Origin: Vicugna vicugna
Taxonomy: Eukaryota
Direction of reading: 5' to 3'
DNA length: 64,000 nt
NCBI GenBank assembly: GCA_013265495.1
Contig: MU058463.1
Span: forward strand, 2,875,523-2,939,522
Part shown: piece after piece, positions 25,723 to 38,270 of the stretch
Numbering within the stretch: position 1 is the stretch's first letter
Layout of the letters: each line of letters begins with the position of its first letter
Position numbers and translations under genes: made by a program
The notes under the pieces: model-generated
The model's database searches: none
What the model was told of the DNA's origin: nothing
Seen by the model: only the letters and a program-made list of their open reading frames with translations

Positions 25723-27227
25723 AAAACCATTTCTCTGTTACACTACCCGTTATACTGAAAGCCTGTCTGAAATCGAATTTAAGACATCATTTGTTGAATT
25801 TTGTACTGATTTGAACTGTACAATTAATGAATTTTTTCTTCTTTTATGATGGGATAATTTTCACTCCATTCCAAAAGTTGAGATTGTAACCCTAGTGACC
25901 CACTTAACAGTTAGTTTGTTTAAAATTATAAGAAAGAGTTGAGAGTTAAGACTTGGACATTGAGAAAAGATGGCAGCTAACACTTGAGGTTATTCTTTCT
26001 CTAGGGAAAAAAAAAATGACAAGTGGAAAGAGAATATGTCCCCCATCACTCTGTGGGGTGGCAGATCAGAACCCCACGCTTTCTTTCTGTCCAGCCCCTA
26101 GACTCATTTCTTCCTAGTGGAAAAAGACAAGGCAGGCCTAAACAAACAGTGGAAATTTACCCTCCCAGAAGTAGGTCTCTGCTTGTCATTTGAAGAGGAG
26201 AAAATATTGCCTTCAGTAAAACCAAGTGTGGTATCAGGAAATGGTAGAAGTAAACCATAATTACTCAAAGCTGAGATAACTAACCAATGGAGAAAGAAGC
26301 ATAGCTTTTACTTTTAAATAGTTCCTTCCCCTGTGCTCTCCAATCTCATTTTTCTTTCACTTCAGATAATGTTCTACTTTGACAAATGAGTGAAATAAGC
26401 TTAGGAAGTATTGCTGTTACTGTGTGGTGGTTTGAATCTCTGCTCTTCTCATTTATTGGCAGCTCGCCTTGCCCATCATAGTAATGCTTGTCCATTAGCC
26501 ATTTCCCACAGCGTGCTGAATGGAACTGAAGCCATTTTGTTTGTAGCTTTTATTTCTTGAAAAGTTGCCCACCAGATTTCAGACTTAATGCTAGTACTTG
26601 GATGTGTGTTTTTAAATATCCATGACTACAACCTGGTGGACAGCTGAAGAATCTCACCTGAAGAAACCTCCCCTCTGTCTGTTCTAATAAGCAGCACGCT
26701 TCTGAATCCCATATAACTTTGAGATCTGCTGTCTTTAACTTCCATTTCTTCCCTTCAAGGGAAGGGCATAGTTTCACTTAAAAAACGATTTGAACTGACC
26801 CCTGTTCCAGATCAATTTGCAATGCATTGAGGTATTAAATGCATTGCATTTGATTTATAGCCTTGTTTACTCTGCATCACCAAACCCTAGTGGGATTCAC
26901 AGAGAAGCTGACCACAGCTGAAAATACCCAGATCTGGTTTACCTGAGAAGAACTCCTATTTGTATTGAAAAGAGTATGAAATTTCAAGAGTTTAAGAGTA
27001 AATGCAAGCAAATAAAAACTATCCATTGCATCTCGTTTCCTTGATTAGGAAGTGCCTTGACCACTTTTTTTTTCTCTTGTCTACTTGGTTAGGTGTCAAG
27101 TTGTACTTTTTATACACATGGCTTTAGTTTCTGATGTATCTTTCAACTTATGCAGACATACTCTACAAATCATTCCGAAGAGAGAGCTTTACAATTTAGA
27201 CACTAGACAGGAAAAAAATCGGGAAGG

Positions 27228-27589
27228 TATATTTGTCAGCTTGGACTACCATAACAAAGTACTATAGACAGGGTGCCTTTAACATTGGATGTTTATTTTC
27301 TCACTGTTCTGGAGGCTAGAAGTCCCAGCTCAAGGTTCCACACTTTGGGTTTCTGCCGAGGGCTCTCTTCTTGGCTTGCCAGACAGCCACCTTCTCTCGA
27401 TGTCTTCACATGTCAGAGAGAGAGTGAGTGTTCTGGTCTCTCTTCTTATGAGGACACCAGTCCTTTCGGAGTAGGGTCTCATCTTTATGATCTCATTTAA
27501 CCTTAACTACCTTCTAAAGACATTGGGGGTTAGGGCTTCAACACTGAGTTTGGTCGGGGGGCGGGGGTACCACAATTCAGTCCATAGCA
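27228..27589 (-). mobile_element. MLT1A-type ERVL-MaLR solo LTR
   Basis: 362 bp; the minus strand begins TGCTATGGACTGAAT; diagnostic CTCACTGTTCTGGAGGCTAGAAGTCC; 5-bp TSD gaagg/aaagg. Confidence 0.85.
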
Positions 27590-28599
27590 AAAGGTATTTA
27601 TTTTCAGGACACTCAAGCAAATATCATGCTATTGACCCAAAACTAGACTAACATCTGGTGTGAACAATAGGGACTTAAACATTTACATTTGTCTCAAGGA
27701 GATAGTGTTGTATAAAAGTAATATATTTTATAATTTTTTAAAACAGTACTATAATCTTTAAAATGAAACCTGGACTATCATTTATCTCTGCTACTGTTTT
27801 TATAGTCTATCTTTTACCCTCCATTATATCCAGTCTTAAAGTGTACCTGGATATTTTTCCTTTCTCAGCTTTAACTTAAAAAGCCCTTTTGAGCAGTGTG
27901 ACAAATACCCTACTAAGCATACTCTTCTAGGTTTCAATAACATCCATTCTATTCCTTGTCAAAAATTCGTTGTCCTGATATCTAAACTGGTGGTCAAGAA
28001 AATGTCATCTTTTTCTTTGATTTGATGTAGCTACTTGCTGAATTCATCTTTCTCTTCTAATTTCTTTCACCTGGAGGAAACCATCTGTCCGCCCTTTCAG
28101 TTTTCTCTAATAAGGACTCCTAAGAGAATCGGATTTGATATTTAGAACTCAAGAGGTGGTGATAATGTCCTTTAGTTTACAAGGTTGATATGTAAGGAAA
28201 GCTCATTCTCCCAGCCAGCACAGAAATACTGAAAGTTTATTTACTTGACAGTGTACTAGGTGCTTTGAACTAAACAAAATAAACACTCTTTCTGACCTCT
28301 AAAGTAGGTTAGATTCCCTTACTATAATTTCTCTTACTGCTTTGTACTTTCTTGTCTTAGCATATATCACAGATACTAATAATTAATGTTTTATGTAGTT
28401 ATTTGTTTCACTGCTTTCTTTTGTTTGAGCAAGGACTATGGTTGTATTCACATTGTAGCCCTGTATTTTACAGCGTTCTGGCTAATATTCTTCTTCTAAT
28501 ATGTTGAGTAAATAAATAAAACTAAGGTTATGAGGAAACAGACAAAAATCCAGAATTAATGCAGTCAATAGGAATAATGACTAGATTTCTTCATTAAAT

Positions 28600-29030
28600 C
28601 ATTGGCAAAATGGGAGAGGAAGCCTAACATACAATAAAAGAAAACTTAAGAGATACAATAACCAAATGCAGTGTACGAATTTTGTTTGACTATTGATTAA
28701 TAACAAAACAAATGTCAAAAGACATTTTTGAGACAATTGGATAGATTTGAACGTGAGCTTGATATTAGATAATATTAGATAATACCAAGGAATTTTGTTT
28801 AGGTCTTGTGATTACTTAAGAAAATGTCCATATTTTCTTTTAGAAATGCATACTAAGATATGGACTACAGAATATTTTAACAAAAGAAAAAAAGGGACAT
28901 CTATATGTATATGAAATGAGGCAAAATCTTGATAATTGTTGAATGTGGGTAATGAGTATATGGAGGTTTGTTGTACGATGTTCTCTGTACTGCTGTGAAT
29001 GCTTGAATTTCTTTACAATAAAAAATTAAA
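28600..29030 (+). mobile_element. Ancient L1 (L1ME-like) 3' end
   Basis: ACTTAAGAGATACAATAACCAAATGCA...GACATTTTTGAGACAATTGG...GGCAAAATCTTGATAATTGTTGAA... ending in AATAAAAAATTAAA. Confidence 0.6.
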
Positions 29031-30848
29031 ACCAACAAAGCATGGTCTTTGCCTCCGAGAAGCTCATAATTGAATGAAGGCAAGAGAAGAAACACATAAA
29101 ACAATTAAATACTAAGCAATTACTATGCCAAATGAGACAACAATATGAGTTCAGAGAATGTCGGTTGCAGTGATGAGAGTCTTCATCTAAGAGGTGGGAC
29201 GTGAGCCCAGCTTTGAAGGATGGAGATTTTAGTGATGAGGAAGGCATTCTGAGCGAGAGGAAACAGCTTGAGCTGTTATGAGTACTAAGAGGTCCCTTCA
29301 GCTCTAATTCCTTGTCTCCAGAGCAGCCACAATTCATGCTCAAGAAACCTGATGGCTACCTTCTCAGACTCATCAGAGCAGAAGTCCTCTGTGTAATTTG
29401 CACATCTCTCTGTTGTGACCATCATCATCCCACTTAATAGCTGCTTACCACAGCTCCACTACATCCAGTACTCCACTGCATTCTGCTCCAGGCAGAAAGG
29501 CCCGTTCTCAGTCTCCTACTTAGTAGGGGATGCCAGGCATGTCACACGGCCACGTGGTAAGAATCAATAATAAGAAGCTGAAGGGAGGACTTTAGTACTG
29601 CATTTCCCATATTCCTGAATTCCTTCGGCTTCAATTATTATTCCAAAACTGTGCCAGGAAACGTGGATATATTTGTCCTCAAGAGAGTTAGGAGTTCCTT
29701 AGTGACTTTTTTAACTTGAAGAGGTACGAAGAATTGACATATAAAGCAATTGAAAGTCCCATGCCCCCTCTCCAAGATCTCTCTGCTCAGTTGTCCCTTT
29801 TTGCTCCAGGCGTGCCAGGCAGTTTGTGCCATGTTGCCACCTATTATGAGGCTTCAGCAGAGCAGCACTTCTTGCCCTCAGCTACTAACCCAGTTTAACA
29901 GCATCGGGTATAAAGTTCCACATACGAACTTCCGTAGGTCATTTCTGTCAGACTTGGTTATAGTTGGATTAATGGCTTTTTTTTTTTCTATAAATACGTA
30001 TTCGGGAATGTCACTGAGTCTTTAGTGAGATCTGTGGATTTGATAGTGTCTCCCTGCAAGCATCATTTTTACTGCCCAGCAGCCCCAAGCCTTTTCATTC
30101 TGGACCAGTCTTCACCCATGTGTTAGCTCCTTCTAGGGGAAGATAAAGGCTCCAGATACTCTCTAGACAGTGAGCAGTATTTCTCATTATTACTGCCTGG
30201 AAAGAAGTGCTTTGAGGAGGAAAGAATAGGTTTCCTAGATCGTGACTTGTGCTTTCTTCCCTTCTTGCTGTATTTGTGTTCCTGGAGTCATCTCATCGAC
30301 TCCCGTGGTGTTAATAGTCATCGACACGCGTGTCAGAGATTGCAAAATAAAATCTAAATCTTTGGCTTCCCCTTTTCTCCTAAAATGTAGATTCATGTTT
30401 CCATCTGTCTGTTTTACACTTTCACTCAAGATCCTATACCTTAAATTCACCACAAAGCGTAGTGGTTAAATAAATGGTTATTAGCTCTGGAGACAAACCA
30501 CCTAGATTCAAATTTCCTGCCTCCCTTTACCCAGTTCATTTTTACCATACACAAAATTGTTTTTATGAGGTATAAATCAAACTATTAAATCTTCTACTTA
30601 AAACTGTCCATTGTTTTCCTAAAATAAAATCCAGATTCTTCACCAACTTGTCTCTGCTTTCCTGTTCTACTTCAGTCTCATTCCCCCAGCTCATTCTACT
30701 CTAGCCATCCTGGCCTTCTGTTTCTATACATTCTGGGTTTCCCCCTCTGCCTAGAATGTTCTGCTACCACATCTTTATGTAGCTGTTTCCTTCTGTCATG
30801 GGATTCAGAGAAGCTCTTCCTGATCATTCAGTCTAAAGCAGCCCTCTG

Positions 30849-31972
30849 AGTTTGTCCCTGTGACCAGATTGGGTTTTGGAACAGCTGTTGCCATGTTGTC
30901 AGTCACTGCCTGTTTGGAGAGGTTCATGCCCGTCCTCTTGGCCACATCCCTCAGGGTGGCAGGAGTGCCTCAGCCCCTGCTACAGGCAGAGGTGCCCATG
31001 CTAGATGTAAAGTGGTCCTTCCTGTGCTGGGAGTCACTGAGTAGCCAGGCTATGGGTCAGCCTTTGGGCTCTTCCGAGAGCCTCAGTGTCCCTGCTTCTG
31101 TTCATTGTTCCCATATAGAGTGCCTGACTTCTCCATCGCTGGACTGAAGTGTTAGATAGGATTGAGTCTGCAAAAGAGATCAATGAGGCTAGAAAAGTTT
31201 CCTCCTGTTTGATAACTGCAACAACTACTGTGGTATTCCATATGCTGCCCGGAATGTCATCTCCCAGTTTGTTTCCACATGCTTCTGCTGATGTGTTGGC
31301 CATGCTGAAAATTGAAATCGAGTTACCCGACATTCCAGAAGACAAGAACATGACTTTCAAATGGAGAGGTAGACTCTTGTTTGTGCGTCATAGAACCAAG
31401 GACATGGAGCAGAAAGCTGCAGCTGAAGTGTCCCGATTGAGGGACCCACAGTATGATTTAGAACAAGTAAAGAAACCTGAATGGCTTATCATGATAGGTG
31501 TTTGCACTCGTGTTGGTTGTGTATCCATTGCAAATGCAGGAGATTTGGGTGGTTATTACCGCCCTTGCTGTGTGGTTCACACTATGATGCAACTCTGGCA
31601 GGATGACGAAGGGGCCTGCACCTCTCAACCTTGAAGTTTCCCTGTATTAGTTCACCAGTCACAATATAGTGATTGGGTTAGAGACCTGGACTCAAGTCAT
31701 AGACTTCTTTCAGTCTTCTTGTCACGCCAGAAGCAGTATTTGAGAACAAGCCTTCTGTACTTCAAGCTAGTTGATATGAAATATTTTAAGAATTGCTAAT
31801 AATGTATTTGCAAACATTAATGTGAATTAAGTTGAATTTTAATGTTGAATGCTTTCAAGCATTCACCTAATAAAGCCACTGTTAAACATTAAAGAAAGAG
31901 AGGGAGAGAAAGGAAGAAAGAGACAAGGAGAGAAAGAGAGAAATAAAGAATGAGAAAAGGAAGCAAGCAAGC
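30849..31972 (+). pseudogene. UQCRFS1: Processed pseudogene of UQCRFS1 (Rieske Fe-S subunit of complex III)
   Basis: ATG at 30893 gives MLSV..PVL.ATS..VAG..; later SADVLA..KIEI.L.DIPE.KNM.FKWRG..LFVRHRT..LRDPQ.DL..VKKPEW..IGVCT..GCV.IANAGD.GGYY. Intronless, frameshifted, with stops. 3'UTR with AATAAA, degenerate A/G tail, and TSD AAGCAGCC(C/G)TCTG at 30836-30848 / 31973-31985. Confidence 0.95.
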
Positions 31973-32039
31973 AAGCAGCCGTCTGCTTTTGCACCTTCTC
32001 CTTCCTTACTTAACCGTGGTAGTAAATTAATGGCACAGT

Positions 32040-32300
32040 GAAGCAGTGTAGCAGGTGGTTCTGAGCTCAGGCTCTGGAGCCAGAGTCACTAGCACTGAAC
32101 TCTGGCTCTGTCTGCTCACTAACTCTGTGATTTGGGGGATGATATTTAACCTTCTTGTATCTCAGTTTTTATCTTCTGTGAAATGGGCCCATAGTAGTAC
32201 CCATCTTATAGGTTGTAGGGAGGTTTAAATGAATTAAAACTTGAAATGTACTTATAACAGAGCCCACAGTTAATGCACAACCAATATTATAGTATTATTG
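32040..32300 (+). mobile_element. MIR SINE relic
   Basis: GCAGTGTAGC..GGTT..GAGCTCAGGCTCTGGAGCCAGA..CTCAGTTT..ATC..CTGTGAAATGGG..ATAGTAGTACC. Confidence 0.7.
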
Positions 32301-34436
32301 TCTATTTAGCCCTTATCACCTTGTTCGTTTAATTGCGTGACCTGTTGTTCTGTCCCTTTCATTTTAAACTCGAAGCTCCATGAGGGTAAGGACCTTGCTG
32401 GCTATCTCCAGGAGCTGAAATACTTGCTGAATTACTAAATGAATAGGTAAATAACATTCGATAAATTGCTCAACCTTTTGAAGCCATCGCTTTCTTTATG
32501 TAAAATGTGGAAATGTATTATTTTGAGGATTAAAGGAAATAATTTTTTGTTCTTGGCATAACACATAGCACAAAGAACTGGTAGAGGTGTGTGTCTGAAT
32601 AATTATATCCATTATCCATCCCACATGAAAGATTGTTTATCCTCTTGCCTTGTTCCTGTCCTCCTTAATGGCTTTACTGCTCATCTGGTTGTCTAAGATA
32701 AAGACCTCAGTCTTCCTATGTTTCTCCACCCCTTCTCCTCATCCCACACCTAATTGTTCAGTAGATTCTGTCCTACCTGTGAAATGCCCCTGTAATCCAC
32801 CTTCTTGTTCTCACTAGTTCAGATCCACTTAGATGATTTTGTGCATAGCCAGTGTCAACAACCTTCCAACGGCTTGCTCTTCTTTTCTTCTCCCAACCCT
32901 CGATCATCTGCTTTTCTTGTTGCCTCAATTCTAGAATATAAATTTGATGCCCTCTCTCCTGATTGATAACCTTTGGTGATTCTTCATTGCTTATAAATTA
33001 AAGCCCAGATTTCTTAGTATAGTATGCGAGCCTCTTTACTAATATGACATCAGCTTAGCCTTCTTAACTGCTCTCCAGCCTTCCCCTTCTTGCACTCTGC
33101 TTTAGTCCTGCTGAATATCTCCCTTGGCCCAGATTTGCCCAGGTTCTGTTATCACATGTACCTTTGCTCATGTCCTTCCCTTTGCTTTCCCTGGTCCTCC
33201 CCATTAGTCTCTCTGTTTTTATTCTGCCTGGTAAATTCCTACCCATCTTTTGACATTGAGCCCAGTTGTCAGTTTATCTATGAGGCTCTCCAAGATTTCT
33301 CACTGTCCTTACATCAAATTGTTTTAAGGATTACATTGGATACTGACCAGTTCCATGACTGTCATGCTCCGTTAATCTACCAGCTCCTTGAAACTAAGAC
33401 ATATTTTTAAAAATGCACAGTGTGGATCTATGTAAAGTGTGTGTGTATTTTCCCTCTGGGCCTGGCAGAAGGAAGGGGTCCTTATACCCTAATACTCCAT
33501 ACTACTGCTTGGGGGGAACTGACCAGGGAGTTAAGATCTTGAGCTTTCTTGAAGCTTAAAATATTTAGGGCTTAAGACGACAGGAAGTCAGAGATTCCTG
33601 GCATTCTCCAAATGAGGAGAGCAGAGGGATTTCCTGAAGTTTTCCTAAATTGTCCTAGAAATTGAGAGTTAGAAAAAGGAAGGAGGAGGCAGTGTCAGGG
33701 CTTGCCTGGCTCTAGGACAAGGTTTCTGGTCGGAGGCTCCTTGCTTGAACCAGGTTTTCCGGCCCTTACCTGTTTCCGTGCTGACCCTGAGCTGTGGCTC
33801 GTCCTGATTCACACGTCTGCTCTTCCTAAACTGCCTCTCAAGACGCGCCAGTTCCACTTGGACCACGCCAGGCTTCCAGCTTCCTCGGCAACACCTCTGG
33901 TCTTGCTGGCCCTCCTTGGCTGTTCTCTCTTCTTGACCTTTACTGGCCTTTTTTGTTTCTCACGATTCTGCTCTGACAAACACCATGATTCCTGGTATTT
34001 GACCCTAGCCTGATCTGTTGACTGATTCTGCTATGCCCTTTGGTTTTCCCAGAAGGGGAACTTGTAGACTGTCAGGGGAGCCTGATGTTACCCTGGGGCC
34101 AGATTGTGACAGCCGGTGTGCTCAGGCCCCTCAGCTGCCGGAGGGGCCCTTCTCTGGATATTCAGCTAATTAGGGGTGGACAGTCACTGCAGTTTTCTGT
34201 CAGCTTGTCTTTGTTGTATTGATAAGATATTTTAGGAGCCTGCAGTTCATGCTGATGACTAAGTGGTAAGGTTGTCAGAAAGATTATGAACTGCTTGAGA
34301 GCAAGTCTTCTACTTCTTTAGTTTTCCTTCCTCATAGCCCTCAGCATACATTAGTTCTCAGTAACTGTCATCTGAGTAATAATTAGAGTGGCTGAATCAG
34401 TCTTCTATTTTATTTTGTTACATATTGTTCCTTATG

Positions 34437-34438
<2 letters not shown>

Positions 34439-34474
<36 letters not shown>
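34439..34474. repeat. (GA)18 microsatellite
   Basis: Read directly from the sequence. Confidence 0.97.
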
Positions 34475-34477
<3 letters not shown>

Positions 34478-37199
34478 ATTTAACTATAGTGAAAAATGTA
34501 TAGATACTGTTAGTTCAGAGAGTTTTAAGTACGCTTTTTTCTACCCAGCAATAGTTGGACTCTTTTGTACTATTGAGATGTTGTTGTTAAAGTTAGTGTA
34601 TTTTGGGAAAAGGTGTAAATCCTTTATTCCTCTTAGAACTATACAAAGATATGAAATAGCATGTCTCAAGGTTTTCTCCTCTCTCCTTCCGTGAAAGATT
34701 CGGATTGCCATTGATCCTCATGTCAACTTCAAGACTGATGTTTTAGAGTAGAAAATTAGGGTGTTTCTGCATAGAAATTGAAATAAAATATATTTATCAA
34801 ATAGAATGGAATTTATTCCACAGTAAAGAGTAGTTCATCTTCACAGGCAGTGAATATAGATGTGGGCTGGCCCTTTTTAGAGACTTACCACAGATAAGAA
34901 TCTGTTCCTCTTCAATCTACATATGCTGCCCAACACTTGTTTCTATTAAAAATTTCTAGGTATGTCAGTAAGACTTTTCACCACAGTTTTGAACTACAAA
35001 TACATCGTTAGTTTAAATAAAATTAACATACACACAACATTTTCTTTAAAATTGTGTTAATGATATGAGCTATTATTGTTAAACTCTGCTATTTGAAAGC
35101 TTGCAAATCAGACTCTACCTTAATTTTTTAAACAGTGCTTTTGGGAGGTGGGAGGAGGAGGAATGGCTGCAAGGGCCTTAATTATTTTGTCTAGTTCCAC
35201 TATCCATGTGATTTTTGTCTTTAGAGGAAAATTGTGGCCTTTTTTTGTTCTTGCAAATATTGGATCATTCTGTTTTGTAGTAAAATTAAGATGCAACATA
35301 ACATAGCTTGTGTTTTTTATTCCTTACTATTAGACCCTGAGATAAGTAAGTGCCTATATGATGTTTAGGTCCTAAAATTTTGCATTTAAAATTTCGCTCA
35401 TTTCACATAAGTAGCTTCGTTTCCTTGTAGTTGAAAATACCTGCTGATTGTGCACGAGGTAGATGGGATGGTCATGTCTGCCGTTTGCACCTAGCACAAT
35501 TAAAGATGGAGCTTACAGTTTATGCTCCAGATTTCGTATTCTTATCTCTGGTTACACTAGTCACCCTCTGCTGGCCTTTGCCAGGGTGATCTGTCTGTGC
35601 TATAGTTTCTTGCAAGATCACTTTGATAAATGATTTTTGGAAATTTGAAAATACTCTGGACCTTATGTCTAGAAATAATGGGTGTTTGAGAAACATTAAT
35701 TGACTTTGTACGTACATATCTGTATGTCTTTCTACATCTTGTTTTCTTTTTTCCTATCCATGCTCTGTTAGCAAATATATATATTAATAAGTATTCCAAC
35801 TATGCTAGTCCCTTGACTGTGTATACAGACTTGGTGTGCAGTGGACAGGCTTACATTTTGGACTATGTCATAGTATAAATGGTGCTGACATTACTTAAGA
35901 AGGGATCTCACGTTCAGGCATCTCATATAGCTTCATATATAGTACATGGACTCAGACAGACTTGAATTTAAATCTTCTTCCTGATGCTTTTCTGTATAAC
36001 CTAGAACAAGAGACAACCTTTTTAAGCTTCTTGTTTCTCATCTTTAAAATAAGAACAACAAATCTTCATAAATTTGACGTGATGATTAAATAAGTGATCA
36101 AACATATAGCAATGCACTTGACACAAGTAAACTTTTAGTAAATTGTGGCTGATGCTGTTATTGTCATTGTCAATAGTAGTCACTTACACTGCTGTTGAAG
36201 ATTTATCTGTTACACTTACTTTTGGTAATTTCCATCCCTGAAGTTCACTTTCCTTTTTATTTGGATGTTGGGCCAAGGAATAGAAACATGTCTTGAGTCT
36301 TCATGGGGGAAGGTTTTTTCCTGTTCTCTCTAAGTATACCTCATGTTATTTAATATACTTTTATGGACTCAACTATTGTGACCAGGATTGGCCATAGGCA
36401 ATATTTTTTTACAAATTCTCTAGGAATGTATCATTTTCATTACCAAGTGTTACATTTTAAACAGAGACACTCTCTTGAGGAAACACTGCCAAGCCGTGGG
36501 GCTCAGCAGTGGATGGAAGTGTACAGGCCATTTCCCAAAGCTTCCCTAGTAGTTTTACGGCAGAACACTCTCCCCTGTCCTCCTGACACACACCCAGGGA
36601 TGAGATAGACGCGGATAACACACAGCGACTTACTGGAAGCGGGTGAGAGAAGGGCCCTTACCGCCAGACACAGGTTTGAGCTCCCGACTGTCCTGGTCCT
36701 CCCCGTTCTCTCTCCCTAAATCATGCCTGTGCCCATCCTGTGCGCACATGCACACAGCACAGCTCAGCACTGGGATCTCTCTTTTTTCTTCCTACTCCTG
36801 TCAAAACTCAGGTCCCGAAGAGCTCATATTACAGACTCCTCACTTAAGTTTTGTGTAATCAAAAAGAGGAGTTTGCAGACTTAAGGAGTCTCTAACTCAC
36901 AGATTATCCTTTAGGAGAAAACACTTAGGAAAGGGAAAGGAACAGTGGAAAGTTTTTTTCCTCTGAAACTCTCTACCTCTCCCCTGTGTTTAAAATGAAG
37001 ATACTTTCCTAGTATCTCTGAAAATCGGGGAATGAAAAGATACGCAACTACAGCTTTATAGGCAGGCAACTCTGTAATAAAATTTACTCTGTGAATGGGT
37101 CGTTTTTTCTTAGACAAGTTTAACAGTTCTTTTAAAAAAAATTGTTGAGACTCACTTAAGTTTACTTGGTTTTCCCACATACCAAGTGTTACTTTAGTG

Positions 37200-38270
37200 T
37201 AGGTAATCCTCACTTTGCATGATTATATAGAACCATAAAAATGACCGTTCATCCTAAAGCCATGCAAAGCAATCTTAATAATCAATGAGAAAAATCAAAT
37301 TGTTCGATAAACTTGAATAATTTTTTGTCAGAACTCTGTCAGTGACTCTTGCTGTCATTTATAAATGTATATGAAGATGAAAAAATTGTAAAACTGGTAT
37401 TTATTTAGTGCTTTAATGTTTATGTAGTACAATTTAAGACATTAGAAACATTGAGAAGTGAAATGTTTTCTTTCTTTATAGAAAACTTACATAGTCTGAA
37501 CAGCAGTGCCTGCCTTCTTATCATCTAGCTTACGATACGCAGGTAGCAGACTCTCTAACGCTTTGATGAATTATGGTTGGTACTCCTTAGTTTGCATCAG
37601 CTTTAACATTTTATCCTTTTGTGCTTTCAGTGTCATGAAATAGCTCTACATCGCTTTAATGTGAAGTTTTTTGCCAGCCTGTCACTTCCTCTAGACATCT
37701 TTATCCTTTTCATCACAACTACTTCTCTCATTTATGTCAAGAAGTTTGCCTTTCCCAAGTTCCTCTGGCGTACCTAGGGTTTCTCGAATACCTGCAGTTT
37801 GAGCATCCCCACAGTCAGCTATTCTTTTCTAACTAAATTTACATTAGATTCTTATTTTACTAGTAGCGTTAGTCAGTTTTTCCATTCTTTGTTGCACCTC
37901 GTGTTTGTTGGCCAAGTCCGTTGTTTGATTATCCACTTTCATAAAATGTCGTGTGTCAGCACGACTCCATGTATTGCTGTCTTGTGTGTGAACTGAGTAA
38001 CAGATGCACAGGGACTCATTCATCACTTTCAGGCTCTGAAAAAAGTGACCTGCTTGGTCACTGATTGTGGTGCATGCTTATTATTTTTATAGTGTGTTGT
38101 GACCTGAGAGGCTAGCAGTGAAGTTTTTACTTTATGCGGCTACTCATAGTCAACATAATGTGGTGAATCTGAACCACGTTGTTAAGTGACTGGTGCTATA
38201 TAGCTAAACTGTGGCAACTGAAATTTGTGCATATAGGAGCCTTTTACATCAAGGACCTCAGTACTGAAAA
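37200..38270. mobile_element. Tigger-like (TcMar) DNA transposon fossil
   Basis: Left end AGGTAATCCTCACTTTGCA resembles a Tigger TIR. The minus strand near 37680-37770 reads as an acidic transposase-tail remnant (EELGKGKLLDINERSSCDEKDKDV). The right TIR is poorly preserved. Confidence 0.55.

Noticed and set aside
31149..31634. 161-aa open frame with Rieske-protein similarity as a functional retrogene
   Set aside because: It starts at GTG and is cut off from the presequence by a frameshift and stop. It contains an out-of-frame stretch ([15 protein letters not shown]) between compensating indels, lacks the Fe-S His/Cys ligands and has a frameshifted C-terminus.
33440..34060. Possible LTR-like segment in OBI1 intron 5
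   Set aside because: I could not identify termini, a TSD or a family by eye.
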